Part shown: piece after piece, positions 48,911 to 57,466 of the stretch
Layout of the letters: each line of letters begins with the position of its first letter
Numbering within the stretch: position 1 is the first letter of the stretch
NCBI GenBank assembly: GCA_002788675.1
Contig: PFRS01000001.1
Location: forward strand, 106,204 to 170,203
Direction of reading: 5' to 3'
Origin: Candidatus Pacebacteria bacterium CG_4_9_14_0_2_um_filter_40_15
Lineage (GTDB): Bacteria; Patescibacteriota; Microgenomatia; UBA1400; PJMF01
Length of the DNA: 64,000 nt
Made by a program: the position numbers and the translations under genes
Notes under the pieces: model-generated
What the model was told of the DNA's origin: nothing
The model's database searches: none
Seen by the model: only the letters and a program-made list of their open reading frames with translations

Positions 48911-49111
48911 TTATTTTAGCTTTTTAGATTGTACGTGTGAAGTGTGCTTACGACACTTACTACAATACTTACTCAGTGGGAAAGTTGTTTCGCCACCTTG
49001 CTTCTTTAGAAGCTCATTATTTTTGTTCATTGAAGTCACATATCCAAAGGTGCTGCATTCGCTACACTTTAATCCGATATGTTGTCGTGGACCTTTTTTC
49101 TTGCTTGCCAT
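48911..49111 (-). CDS. rpmG: 50S ribosomal protein L33
   Basis: Zinc ribbon motifs CSEC...KYCSKCRKHTSH. The likely start is MASKKKG, whereas the ORF track extends to 49180. Confidence 0.7.
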   Translation of the reverse strand: MASKKKGPRQHIGLKCSECSTFGYVTSMNKNNELLKKQGGETTFPLSKYCSKCRKHTSHVQSKKLK

Positions 49112-49185
49112 ACTTACTTTCTTATCTTTTTCCAAGATGCGTATTATATCAAAATTTATAGAGGACGTAAATACGCCCATTCTTG

Positions 49186-49258
49186 AGCCACCTCGGGGAT
49201 TCGAACCCCGGACCTACGGTTTACAAAACCGTCGCTCTAACCAGCTGAGCTAAGGTGG
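49186..49258 (-). tRNA. trnT: tRNA-Thr (anticodon TGT)
   Basis: The minus strand reads GCCACCTTAGCTCAGCTGGTTAGAGCGACGGTTTTGTAAACCGTAGGTCCGGGGTTCGAATCCCCGAGGTGGCT, with an anticodon loop ttTGTaa. Confidence 0.85.
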
Positions 49259-49426
49259 CATTAGACTTCTTGCGAAATAAGCTTTGTAGCAATTTTGACA
49301 TATATTTGAGTACTTTTGAAGGCACTTACATGCGATAGTAGCCTGTGCTACTTGAGTATGTAAGTAACGCTCAAAAGTGCCAAATAGATGTCAAAGTACT
49401 GCGAATGTTATTTCGCAAAAAGTCTA

Positions 49427-49511
49427 TGGTGCCAGGTGTAGGATTCGAACCTACGAAGGCGAAGCCAGCAGATTTACAGTCTGCCCTCGTTGACCACTTG
49501 AGTAACCTGAC
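49427..49511 (-). tRNA. trnY: tRNA-Tyr (anticodon GTA) with a long variable arm and an encoded CCA
   Basis: The minus strand reads GTCAGGTTACTCAAGTGGTCAACGAGGGCAGACTGTAAATCTGCTGGCTTCGCCTTCGTAGGTTCGAATCCTACACCTGGCACCA. Confidence 0.8.
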
Positions 49512-49592
49512 AGTATCCTGTTTCAGATGAAACAGTGTCGTTTGAATTATATCATCTCCTCTGCAGGAGCCTAAATGCAATTTCAAACACTG

Positions 49593-49664
49593 AGCCGAAG
49601 ACGGGAATCGAACCCGTGACCCCCATCTTACCAAGATGGTGCTCTACCACTGAGCCACTTCGGC
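49593..49664 (-). tRNA. trnT: tRNA-Thr (anticodon GGT)
   Basis: The minus strand reads GCCGAAGTGGCTCAGTGGTAGAGCACCATCTTGGTAAGATGGGGGTCACGGGTTCGATTCCCGTCTTCGGCT. Confidence 0.85.
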
Positions 49665-49871
49665 ACAAAAAACAGTATTAAAAAACAAATACGCAAAGCG
49701 CAAGGCTTGTAGTTTACTACACTGCCCTCTAAATCTCAATCTAAGAAAACTGCAGAATTCTATTCTACTAGAGTCTCTATCACTCCTTCAAGTGGTACAG
49801 CTCTTCAAATATGAAAATGGGCGACCCTCCAGGCCGCCCATTACTTGTGTTACGTTTTAAATTTCTAACTG

Positions 49872-50672
49872 CTACCAGTCGTTTTCAACATCCCAGAATG
49901 AAACCCTGGCCATGACCCCAAGGGAGTACTGACGTTGGTCAGTCATAAAGAATGAGCCAACTGGATCATTTGGCTCACTATCACCCCATAGGGTTGGTTG
50001 CCGCTTGTAAGCTGCAGCAACAAACCGCAAAAAACCAACCGGGTCTGGGGTGCAAACATCAATATGCTCCACTCCACTCCAAGGAGCCGAAGGATCATAT
50101 TGAACTTCCTGGTAATACACCCAGGGAGCAAACGGGACCGGGACGGGGATGTAGATACGTTCATGATCATCTGCTGGACGCACCAACTGATATGAATCAT
50201 GATACATTGCCAATCGCTTGGCTTCCTTTCGCATCGCTTTCTTGCTGTGAAAACGGCGGCCAATATGGTGCAGCTGGATGTCGTTTCCCTTGAAAGCATA
50301 CAGGCCTATTAGGGCCATCATCAGATCAAATTCCTGGGAAAGTTTGGATACTGTAACAATTTCGTTACCAGAACGAACTCCCCCCTGCCAGCCCAATGAC
50401 CTTTTGTAGGTCGCAACTGGCGTTGTGCAAATCCCATATGGATCACCGCGGGAAACAAGTTCCCCATACTTCGCCCAGGCGACTCCCCCTGCCTCAGAGG
50501 CTGGGTCTGGGTAGGATGTTCCCAACCAGGCGCCGAACGCGCCTGATGTCTGGGTATCATAATTTGCGATACCCATTACCGCATAAAACGGTTGCCGTCT
50601 CGCAACGGCAATTTGATCCATTAGTCTTACAGCACCAACAGTCTGTGGTGGTGACATGTTAACATCTATCAT
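49872..50672 (-). CDS. Hypothetical protein encoded by a GC-rich (about 55%) segment, likely horizontally acquired
   Basis: A 266 aa ORF with a GGAGG ribosome binding site. Local GC is about 15 percentage points above the surrounding DNA, and many overlapping six-frame ORFs appear here as a consequence. Confidence 0.55.
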   Translation of the reverse strand: MIDVNMSPPQTVGAVRLMDQIAVARRQPFYAVMGIANYDTQTSGAFGAWLGTSYPDPASEAGGVAWAKYGELVSRGDPYGICTTPVATYKRSLGWQGGVRSGNEIVTVSKLSQEFDLMMALIGLYAFKGNDIQLHHIGRRFHSKKAMRKEAKRLAMYHDSYQLVRPADDHERIYIPVPVPFAPWVYYQEVQYDPSAPWSGVEHIDVCTPDPVGFLRFVAAAYKRQPTLWGDSEPNDPVGSFFMTDQRQYSLGVMARVSFWDVENDW

Positions 50673-50844
50673 TTCTGATCAACCTCCTCGGCCACTGGCC
50701 GAATAAAAAAAGTTAAAACGTTATTAAAGAAGAAGTGCGGGTTTAGCGCGCAAAAAATGCACTAAAATCACACAGTAGCAGGCATTTTACCACAAAAATA
50801 TAAATATGAGACGCTAATATAGGCAAAAATAAAAAATAGAAAGT

Positions 50845-51004
50845 TTCAAAAAACAAAAACAGCCCTGCGTGAGAGGCTTCCGATTCCCGCAGGAACCATG
50901 TGGGTAGAATGCTCATTACTCCTCGGAGCAACAAGACGCTTCATAAACCCGTTATCAAAGTGTTCAGGAAAACTCTTCGACCTCTCACGCAGGGCTGTCT
51001 TTTA
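50845..51004. repeat. Long inverted-repeat element
   Basis: A 22 bp inverted repeat, aaaaacagccctgcgtgagagg / cctctcacgcagggctgtctttt, encloses a roughly 115 nt GC-rich loop. Confidence 0.6.
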
Positions 51005-51070
51005 ATGTTCAGTTGTAGATTCAGTATACAACGATTCTTTTCAACTCAAAAGATGACGTAAAACGTCAAA

Positions 51071-51955
51071 CTAACTCAGTTCTTTGACCCATTCTGCTAC
51101 CTTTGAACCATATTTTTCGTGATCTAGCACGAATTTCAGATGGGCCTTAAAGTAGTTTTCTGGATCACCCGTGGTCATCCACTCGCCTTTTGTTTTTCCA
51201 ACTAATACTCGTTTTGTTTTTGCAACTTGAGTAATTGAGTCAACGGTCCAAAGTTCATTATCTTTGCCAGTATTACCAGGAACTAAATATTGAAGCACAT
51301 CTGGTGTTAAAAGATAACGACCATAGGAACCCAATCGTGAAGGCTCGGTGCCTTGGTCTGGCTTTTCAACAATATAATCAAGATCTGTGTCAGATCCATC
51401 TTTAAACTTTATGATTCCATATTTATCAACCACATCTGCACTCACTTCCTGAGACATGATAATTCCTGAAACATCAGGATTGGCTTCATACAGATCAACC
51501 ATAGTCTTTGCATCTCCCTGAGCGCCAAAAACAACGTCATCACTATAGATAACCAAGAATGCTTCTTCACCATCAACAAACCGTTGAGCTGATGCAACTG
51601 GAGAGCCATTACCATAAGGCAAACTCTCATCTTGAGTAATCACAACAATCTTTGGAAAGTTGAGTACATGCTGTACAGGTTCGTAACGATCTTCTTTACC
51701 CTGAGAAGCAAGCTGTTTGCGTATACGGTTTACATTATTATTAAAGTAATCCTCGTATACTGGTTTACCTTCAGGTGTGGCAACAATAATAATTTCCTCA
51801 ATTCCTGCCTCAGCGCATTCCTCGACCATAAACTGCATAATTGGTTTGTTACCTAGTGGCAGCATTCCTTTTGGAACCGTTTTTGTTACAGGCAAGTAAC
51901 GACTTGCGAAACCAGCATCTGTAATAATTGCTTTTCTTACTCGTTTTTCGTTCAT
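51071..51955 (-). CDS. galU: UTP-glucose-1-phosphate uridylyltransferase (copy 2)
   Basis: KAIITDAGFASRYLPVTKTVPKGMLPLGNKPIMQFMVEEC. Confidence 0.75.
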   Translation of the reverse strand: MNEKRVRKAIITDAGFASRYLPVTKTVPKGMLPLGNKPIMQFMVEECAEAGIEEIIIVATPEGKPVYEDYFNNNVNRIRKQLASQGKEDRYEPVQHVLNFPKIVVITQDESLPYGNGSPVASAQRFVDGEEAFLVIYSDDVVFGAQGDAKTMVDLYEANPDVSGIIMSQEVSADVVDKYGIIKFKDGSDTDLDYIVEKPDQGTEPSRLGSYGRYLLTPDVLQYLVPGNTGKDNELWTVDSITQVAKTKRVLVGKTKGEWMTTGDPENYFKAHLKFVLDHEKYGSKVAEWVKELS

Positions 51956-52215
51956 AGGATCTCCTTAGTGATCTTATTTACATTCGTGTGACACACTCAT
52001 TGTACACGTTAGTGTATACCTATCTGTAATATCTCTGTTTTATCGAGAGAAACGAAAAAAATATCACACTATTTCATACATTGTATCATTTTTTATTTAC
52101 TGATACTCAATTAGTAAGTATATTGGCAATCAATACTCAAGAATACTAAAACCTGCAACTCATAAATTCAGACTAAACAACTACAAAAAAATCAGGTACT
52201 ATAGTTACAACAGTA

Positions 52216-53196
52216 TTGTTATTTACTATGACAAAAAAAACCACTTCTCTCTCTCCTACAAAAAAATTAATTCAAGCTTTTAGCGATTTTCTCATCGGTT
52301 TTAGCATATTCCTTATAATTGCAGGACTCATAGGAACGGCTTTTGTGATTCAAGACTTGCAAAATAATACCTCTCAGGATGTCCGCTCAGACGCGAGTAC
52401 TGAAACTACCGAACTCATACCGGACCCAGACATAACTTGTGACACCATGCCTGTGTGTACCGATCCGATTGCTGCTACCGGTGTTCTTGATTCTTGTATT
52501 GCCGAAGAAATCTGTGAAATTCCTCCTGGATGTTACTACGAGGACATCAACTGTGTAACTTCCCCTTGTCCTATGGCGCCAGGAGTAGTGATTTGCCCTG
52601 AAAAAATTGATGATATTTTCTTTTCAGATCCTACAGGACTAGACTCCCCCACCTACTCTCTGGATGAGGAAGGAAAAGCAATTGTCCCAGAATCAGAACT
52701 AAAAGCTGGACAAAATTACTATTTCTCAGTACCCGTTCAACTACAAAACATACTTAAAGATCCAATGACCGGATCCACTCCATTCTTCTTTTTAGGACTT
52801 ACCAGTAATGTACGCCAATATACAGCCGATCTGATCTCATACCCAATGATTGTGAATCATCGCGATGGATTCAACTCAACACTAAAAGGTTCTTTCGTTG
52901 CTGAAGCCCAGAATACATTCGAGTACACTATCCGCACAATCGATCCTCAAGGAAGTGTTATTATTGCTGAGACAAACTACGAAAATAACACTCACGTCCA
53001 CACCTTTGAAGCTCAGAAGTGCAGTAATAATCCAGATCTAAATGCCGACGACAAGGTTGACCTGCGAGACTTTTCAATACTTAGTAGAGAATTTTTAAGT
53101 CGGCGCTCTACTTTTACTGCCGATATCAACTGTGACAATTCTGTAGACATGCGCGATTACTCAATCATGGCATCACACTTTACTGTGGCTCAATAA
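52216..53196 (+). CDS. Secreted/membrane-anchored protein with a C-terminal type-I dockerin-like domain
   Basis: An N-terminal transmembrane segment or signal peptide, and a C-terminal duplicated Ca-binding loop: DLNADDKVDLRDFSILSREFL and DINCDNSVDMRDYSIMASHF. Confidence 0.6.
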   Translation: MLFTMTKKTTSLSPTKKLIQAFSDFLIGFSIFLIIAGLIGTAFVIQDLQNNTSQDVRSDASTETTELIPDPDITCDTMPVCTDPIAATGVLDSCIAEEICEIPPGCYYEDINCVTSPCPMAPGVVICPEKIDDIFFSDPTGLDSPTYSLDEEGKAIVPESELKAGQNYYFSVPVQLQNILKDPMTGSTPFFFLGLTSNVRQYTADLISYPMIVNHRDGFNSTLKGSFVAEAQNTFEYTIRTIDPQGSVIIAETNYENNTHVHTFEAQKCSNNPDLNADDKVDLRDFSILSREFLSRRSTFTADINCDNSVDMRDYSIMASHFTVAQ

Positions 53197-53208
53197 GGAA
53201 TATAAAAT

Positions 53209-55014
53209 ATGAAAAAAAGCACTCGATCATTCCTACAAAAACCATCAACAACTGGCGTCCTCATTGGAGTACTCGCCGTTGCATTTAGTGTGGTTGGACT
53301 CTTACTTGTCCAAACTCCTCTCGAAAAACCACAAGACGTTCGCCGCCAAGCCTCTATAGATAATGGCGAAGTTACTGTTTCACATACTGTCACACCAGAT
53401 AACAGTGTTGTTGGCACAGAATCAACAATACTTTTTGCTGTAAATACTGCTGGAATCCCAACTGATGGAATTCAAGTGCTCTTTAATGTGGTCACAGATA
53501 CCTTTGACACCATGACAGCCGACATCGAGACTGGCACAGGTTTACAAAGTGCAGGTACTCAAGTTGAGCGAACTGCAGATGGCTTCCTCGTGCAAGCACT
53601 CGCACTTCCAGCTCAGATTGGTCAACCTTTTATAACAACAGATGCTGTTTCACCAGTCTTTTTACGAGTGAAGTTCACTCCAACTAAAGCAGGAACAGTG
53701 GCCTTTAACTTTGACCGTGAGGAATCAATTTCAATTCTGCATGACAGTAATCCTCTCGAGGATAAACTGAATCATATTGCTGCCTTCCAGATTGCAGTTG
53801 CTACACAACCTGGCACCAGCCCAAGCCCGTCACCATCGACAAGCCCATCTCCAACCCCAGCAGTAACTCCTAGCCCAAGTCCAACCCCCGCTGTTGGAGG
53901 CATCAATGTAGTGAGCTGTAATGCTGTCTGCTCGAGCAATGCTGAGTGTGGCATTAACCAACGCTGTTACAGTGTTGATGGCACAAATCGTTGCCGCTTA
54001 GCTGTAAATCCAACCAATGACCGCTGTATCACTGCTGAAACTGGACCTAACTATAGTTGTAATCATGGTTGTGCAGATACTCACGAGTGTAGTACCGGTC
54101 TCACCTGTTGGTACAACAAGTGTCGAGAACCACTTAATGTTGAAAGTACCAGTTGTGCTTCTCTCACAACAACTCAGACAGCAAGTCTAGTTGCTAGTTG
54201 TAATGTTACCTGTAGTGCAAATGCAGACTGTGACATCAACCTTCGCTGTTACCAAGGTGCCTGTCGTCTCGCTACAAATCCAAGTAGTTCTACTTGCAGT
54301 GCTGCTACAGCACCTACTATTTCGAAAACCTATACGGCACCAAAGGGTGGAGCCGCTGCCAACGATACAACTAAGAAAGCTGCAAGTGCTCAACTTCCAT
54401 CTGATGCAAAAGATGCAAGCACATCAGCTGGAGCTGTCGGAGCCACCGCTTCTGCTAAACCTTCAGCTGCAACCACCATTCAGGATCAAATGAAGGAAAA
54501 CACAGAAAAAATTGCTCAGGAAGAAGCAATTGTTGCAAACGAAAGTGCCCTGGATGTACTCCTAAAAATGCTGAAAACTCCAGACTCAGCTCTGCCACTC
54601 ATAATTATTGGGGCAGGCATTGGACTCCTCATCCTCGCTCTCATCATTATTTTCATCCGCAGAATGATGGCAGGATCTGACAAACCAACTTCACAATCAG
54701 GTGGTTCTACAAGCACCCCAACTGTACAACCTAAACCAGAGCCTGTGGTTTCTCGAACAGATCTAGGTACACCACTTACTACTGCTCGCAGCATGACCAC
54801 GCCAACTGCAAGTATGCCAACACAGCATACACTGCAACAGCAGTCGGCCAGATCTCAAGCAGCCACACCATTAGCCCAAGCTGCTAGTCCTCATGCTATG
54901 CCACCAGCTACAACACAACCGGCCGCCAGTGGTGATTCGAGCATGCTCCAACGAATGAAAAACAAAGGAATAGCGCTACCAAATAGTTCAACTGAGCCAC
55001 CAAAACAATCGTAA
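53209..55014 (+). CDS. Type-I membrane surface protein with a Pro/Ser/Thr linker, three Cys-rich repeats and a long low-complexity C-terminal tail
   Basis: A signal peptide is followed by a roughly 190 aa beta-rich domain and a TSPSPSPSTSPSPTPAVTPSPSPTP linker. Three repeats of about 40 aa each, with 6-8 Cys (CNAVCSSNAECGINQRCY...), come next. They are followed by a transmembrane helix (LIIIGAGIGLLILALIIIF) and a roughly 130 aa S/T/P/A/Q-rich tail. Confidence 0.6.
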   Translation: MKKSTRSFLQKPSTTGVLIGVLAVAFSVVGLLLVQTPLEKPQDVRRQASIDNGEVTVSHTVTPDNSVVGTESTILFAVNTAGIPTDGIQVLFNVVTDTFDTMTADIETGTGLQSAGTQVERTADGFLVQALALPAQIGQPFITTDAVSPVFLRVKFTPTKAGTVAFNFDREESISILHDSNPLEDKLNHIAAFQIAVATQPGTSPSPSPSTSPSPTPAVTPSPSPTPAVGGINVVSCNAVCSSNAECGINQRCYSVDGTNRCRLAVNPTNDRCITAETGPNYSCNHGCADTHECSTGLTCWYNKCREPLNVESTSCASLTTTQTASLVASCNVTCSANADCDINLRCYQGACRLATNPSSSTCSAATAPTISKTYTAPKGGAAANDTTKKAASAQLPSDAKDASTSAGAVGATASAKPSAATTIQDQMKENTEKIAQEEAIVANESALDVLLKMLKTPDSALPLIIIGAGIGLLILALIIIFIRRMMAGSDKPTSQSGGSTSTPTVQPKPEPVVSRTDLGTPLTTARSMTTPTASMPTQHTLQQQSARSQAATPLAQAASPHAMPPATTQPAASGDSSMLQRMKNKGIALPNSSTEPPKQS

Positions 55015-55094
55015 TCTACCTAATAAAAGGGTAAAAAAAGACCGAGAAGTTAGGGTATTTCAAAATTCACGGTTATTTGTTACAATACTTGCCT

Positions 55095-55274
55095 ATGTTC
55101 AAACCTGCACAGTACTTTACCGAAGTTGCGCGCGAAATTAAAAAAGTCACGTGGCCTTCTAGAGAACAGACACAAGAAAAGACAGTACTTGTTCTCGCAG
55201 TAAGTATAATTATTGGTTTGTACATTGGAGTACTCGACTTTGTCTTTTCAAAATTACTCGCAGTATTGGTATAA
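55095..55274 (+). CDS. secE: Preprotein translocase subunit SecE
   Basis: KKVTWPSREQ followed by a single transmembrane helix, and positioned before nusG. Confidence 0.75.
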   Translation: MFKPAQYFTEVAREIKKVTWPSREQTQEKTVLVLAVSIIIGLYIGVLDFVFSKLLAVLV

Positions 55275-55332
55275 AACGACAGATAAAATGGTATAACGAC
55301 TGCCCGCCGCACGTTGGCACGAAAAGAAAAAT

Positions 55333-55944
55333 ATGACAGATAACACACCAACACCACCAGAAATTCAAGAAGTTAAGGTCCAAACCCCAAACTTGATTAC
55401 TGTTTCTGAAGCCGAAAACCGCAAGTCTCGCTGGTACGTGGTCCATGCCTACTCTGGTCATGAGAACAAAGTTGCCGAAGCACTCAAGCAACGTGCCGAA
55501 ACGCTTAACCTCACCGACAAAATTTTAGGAATCCTTATCCCTACCCAAGAAAAAATTCAAATCAAGCGCGGAACCCGCAAAACCGTCAGTGAAAAGATTT
55601 TCCCTGGATACATGCTCGTAAACATGGAACTTACCGACGATTCATGGCTCGCAGTTCGCACAACACAAGGTGTGACCGGCTTCGTAGGCGTTGGTAACAA
55701 GCCAACCGCTCTTCCAAAACATGAAGTTCAAGCAATTATGAAGTACATGACTCAGTCTGCTCCTTCATACAAAGCTGACTACGTCGAAGGTGAAGCAGTT
55801 CGCATCGTGGAAGGTCCTTTCAATGACTTCCTCGGTACTGTTAACTCAATTAATGAAGAAAAAGGCCAAGTTGAAGTCTTGGTTAACATTTTTGGTCGCG
55901 AAACCCCAGTGTTCCTCGACTTCTTACAAGTAAAGAAAGTATAA
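55333..55944 (+). CDS. nusG: Transcription termination/antitermination factor NusG
   Basis: An NGN domain (RWYVVHAYSGHENKV) and a C-terminal KOW motif (GEAVRIVEGPFNDFLGTV). Confidence 0.9.
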   Translation: MTDNTPTPPEIQEVKVQTPNLITVSEAENRKSRWYVVHAYSGHENKVAEALKQRAETLNLTDKILGILIPTQEKIQIKRGTRKTVSEKIFPGYMLVNMELTDDSWLAVRTTQGVTGFVGVGNKPTALPKHEVQAIMKYMTQSAPSYKADYVEGEAVRIVEGPFNDFLGTVNSINEEKGQVEVLVNIFGRETPVFLDFLQVKKV

Positions 55945-55975
55945 GCACCATACACAAAACAGAAAACAAACACAT

Positions 55976-56401
55976 ATGGCAAAAAAAATAATTAACGTCC
56001 TCAAACTCAACCTCCCAGCAGGTACAGCAACTCCAGCTCCTCCAGTCGGACCTATTCTTGGTCAAGCTGGTATCAACATGATGGACTTCCTTAAGCAATA
56101 TAATGCTGCTACTCAAGATAAAAAAGGTCAAACCATTCCTGCTGAAATCACTGTCTACGCAGACCGTTCATTTACCTATGAACTCAAACTGCCTCCAGTT
56201 TCAGCCATGATCAAACAAGTACTTAAACTTAAATCTGGAAGTAAGACTCCTGGTCAAGGTAGTGTTGGTACCCTCACAAAAGAGCAAGTCCGCGCGATCG
56301 CAACCGAGAAGATGCCAGACCTCAACACTAACGATATTGAAGCAGCAATGCGCAGTGTCGAAGGTGCAGCTCGAAGTATGGGAGTTGCAGTTGCTGAATA
56401 A
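55976..56401 (+). CDS. rplK: 50S ribosomal protein L11
   Basis: KLNLPAGTATPAPPVGPILGQAGINMMDF, which is the L11 N-terminal signature. Confidence 0.9.
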   Translation: MAKKIINVLKLNLPAGTATPAPPVGPILGQAGINMMDFLKQYNAATQDKKGQTIPAEITVYADRSFTYELKLPPVSAMIKQVLKLKSGSKTPGQGSVGTLTKEQVRAIATEKMPDLNTNDIEAAMRSVEGAARSMGVAVAE

Positions 56402-56439
56402 TTTCAGTAAATGTATTAGAAGAAGTTAAAAACCAATGT

Positions 56440-56613
56440 GAAACATTCTCTTTTTGCTCAGCCTGATGCTAGTAGATGAGAAAAGTAGTTGCGTTGAGCG
56501 ATATATACAACAATATATGTTCTGCTCAGCCTGACGATAGTAGATGAGAAGAACATATATTGTTGTATATTATTAGTTACTTATGCCCCGCTTGACGGGA
56601 TTAAGGAGATATA
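56440..56613 (+). promoter_or_regulatory. Structured rplK-rplA spacer: a duplicated 28 nt motif and a 20 bp perfect inverted repeat, a candidate r-protein autoregulatory or attenuator leader
   Basis: tgctcagcctgatgctagtagatgagaa appears at 56455-56482 and again at 56523-56550. The second copy forms the loop of the stem atatacaacaatatatgttc/gaacatatattgttgtatat (56503-56522 with 56551-56570). Upstream is a small hairpin with a T-run at 56434-56457. Downstream is a cccg-cttga-cggg hairpin and the SD sequence AAGGAG. Confidence 0.45.
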
Positions 56614-57333
56614 ATGGGATCAAAGAAAAACGTCGACATGTCTGTCAACAATGATGTTGTCAAAATCGTCGAAAATACCCAACAAGTAGTAGAAGAAGGC
56701 AAGACGGCAGAAGCTGATGTTGTTGCAGCTCCTAAGAAAGAAGCTCGTGTTCGTAGCAAAAAATATGTTGCTGTACGTTCACAAGTAGATAAAACAAAAA
56801 TCTACGACGCTTTTTCAGCTATTGAGCTCGTCAAAAAGCTCTCTTACTCAAAATTTGATGGAACTATTACCGTTGACGTAGTAGTCAAAGATACCGGAAC
56901 ACTCGGAAAAATTACTCTTCCCTATTCAACTGGTAAATCAGTAAAAGTAGCTATCGTTGATGATGCAGTCATTGCTGAAATCGCCGCTGGAAACATCGAT
57001 TTTGACTTCCTGGTTACTACCCCACAGTTCATGCCAAAGTTAGCTAAACACGCTCGTGTTTTGGGACCTCGCGGCCTTATGCCAAACCCAAAGAACGGCA
57101 CAGTCACTGCTAACCCAGAACAAAAGAAATCTGACCTCGAAAAAGGTGAACTTAACATCAAAACCGAGAAAAAACGCCCAGTTATTCACGTGAGCTTAGG
57201 AAAAGTCTCACAAGATACCAAAGAACTCGTTGAGAACTTTAAAGCACTTATGACTTTCCTTACCGGAAAAGTGGTGAAGTCTGCAGTATCTGCAACTATG
57301 AGTCCAGGAGTTAAAGTTGATTTTAAGGTCTAA
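56614..57333 (+). CDS. rplA: 50S ribosomal protein L1
   Basis: L1-family pattern (KKYVAVRSQVDK, VLGPRGLMPNPKNGTVT). Confidence 0.85.
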   Translation: MGSKKNVDMSVNNDVVKIVENTQQVVEEGKTAEADVVAAPKKEARVRSKKYVAVRSQVDKTKIYDAFSAIELVKKLSYSKFDGTITVDVVVKDTGTLGKITLPYSTGKSVKVAIVDDAVIAEIAAGNIDFDFLVTTPQFMPKLAKHARVLGPRGLMPNPKNGTVTANPEQKKSDLEKGELNIKTEKKRPVIHVSLGKVSQDTKELVENFKALMTFLTGKVVKSAVSATMSPGVKVDFKV

Positions 57334-57362
57334 TTAAAAATAGCAATCAAACTGACAATAGA

Positions 57363-57388
57363 AAGCAGCCTTTAGAGGCTGCTTTTTT
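57363..57388 (+). terminator. Intrinsic terminator after rplA
   Basis: A hairpin agcagcct-ttag-aggctgct followed by tttttt. Confidence 0.6.
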
Positions 57389-57466
57389 GTATCTAATTTA
57401 AACTTGATACATAGTAACTATGTATTATAATTACATACTAATAATTTTGTAACTCTTTGTAACTCT

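Noticed and set aside
49943-50662. Multiple overlapping ORFs on both strands in the 49.9-50.7 kb segment
   Set aside because: They are artefacts of high local GC, which brings few stop codons. Only the 266 aa minus-strand frame has a ribosome binding site and spans the whole segment.
56455-56550. Mini CRISPR array
   Set aside because: There are only two copies of the 28 nt motif, and the second is embedded in a long inverted repeat directly upstream of rplA. The region is better explained as a leader structure.
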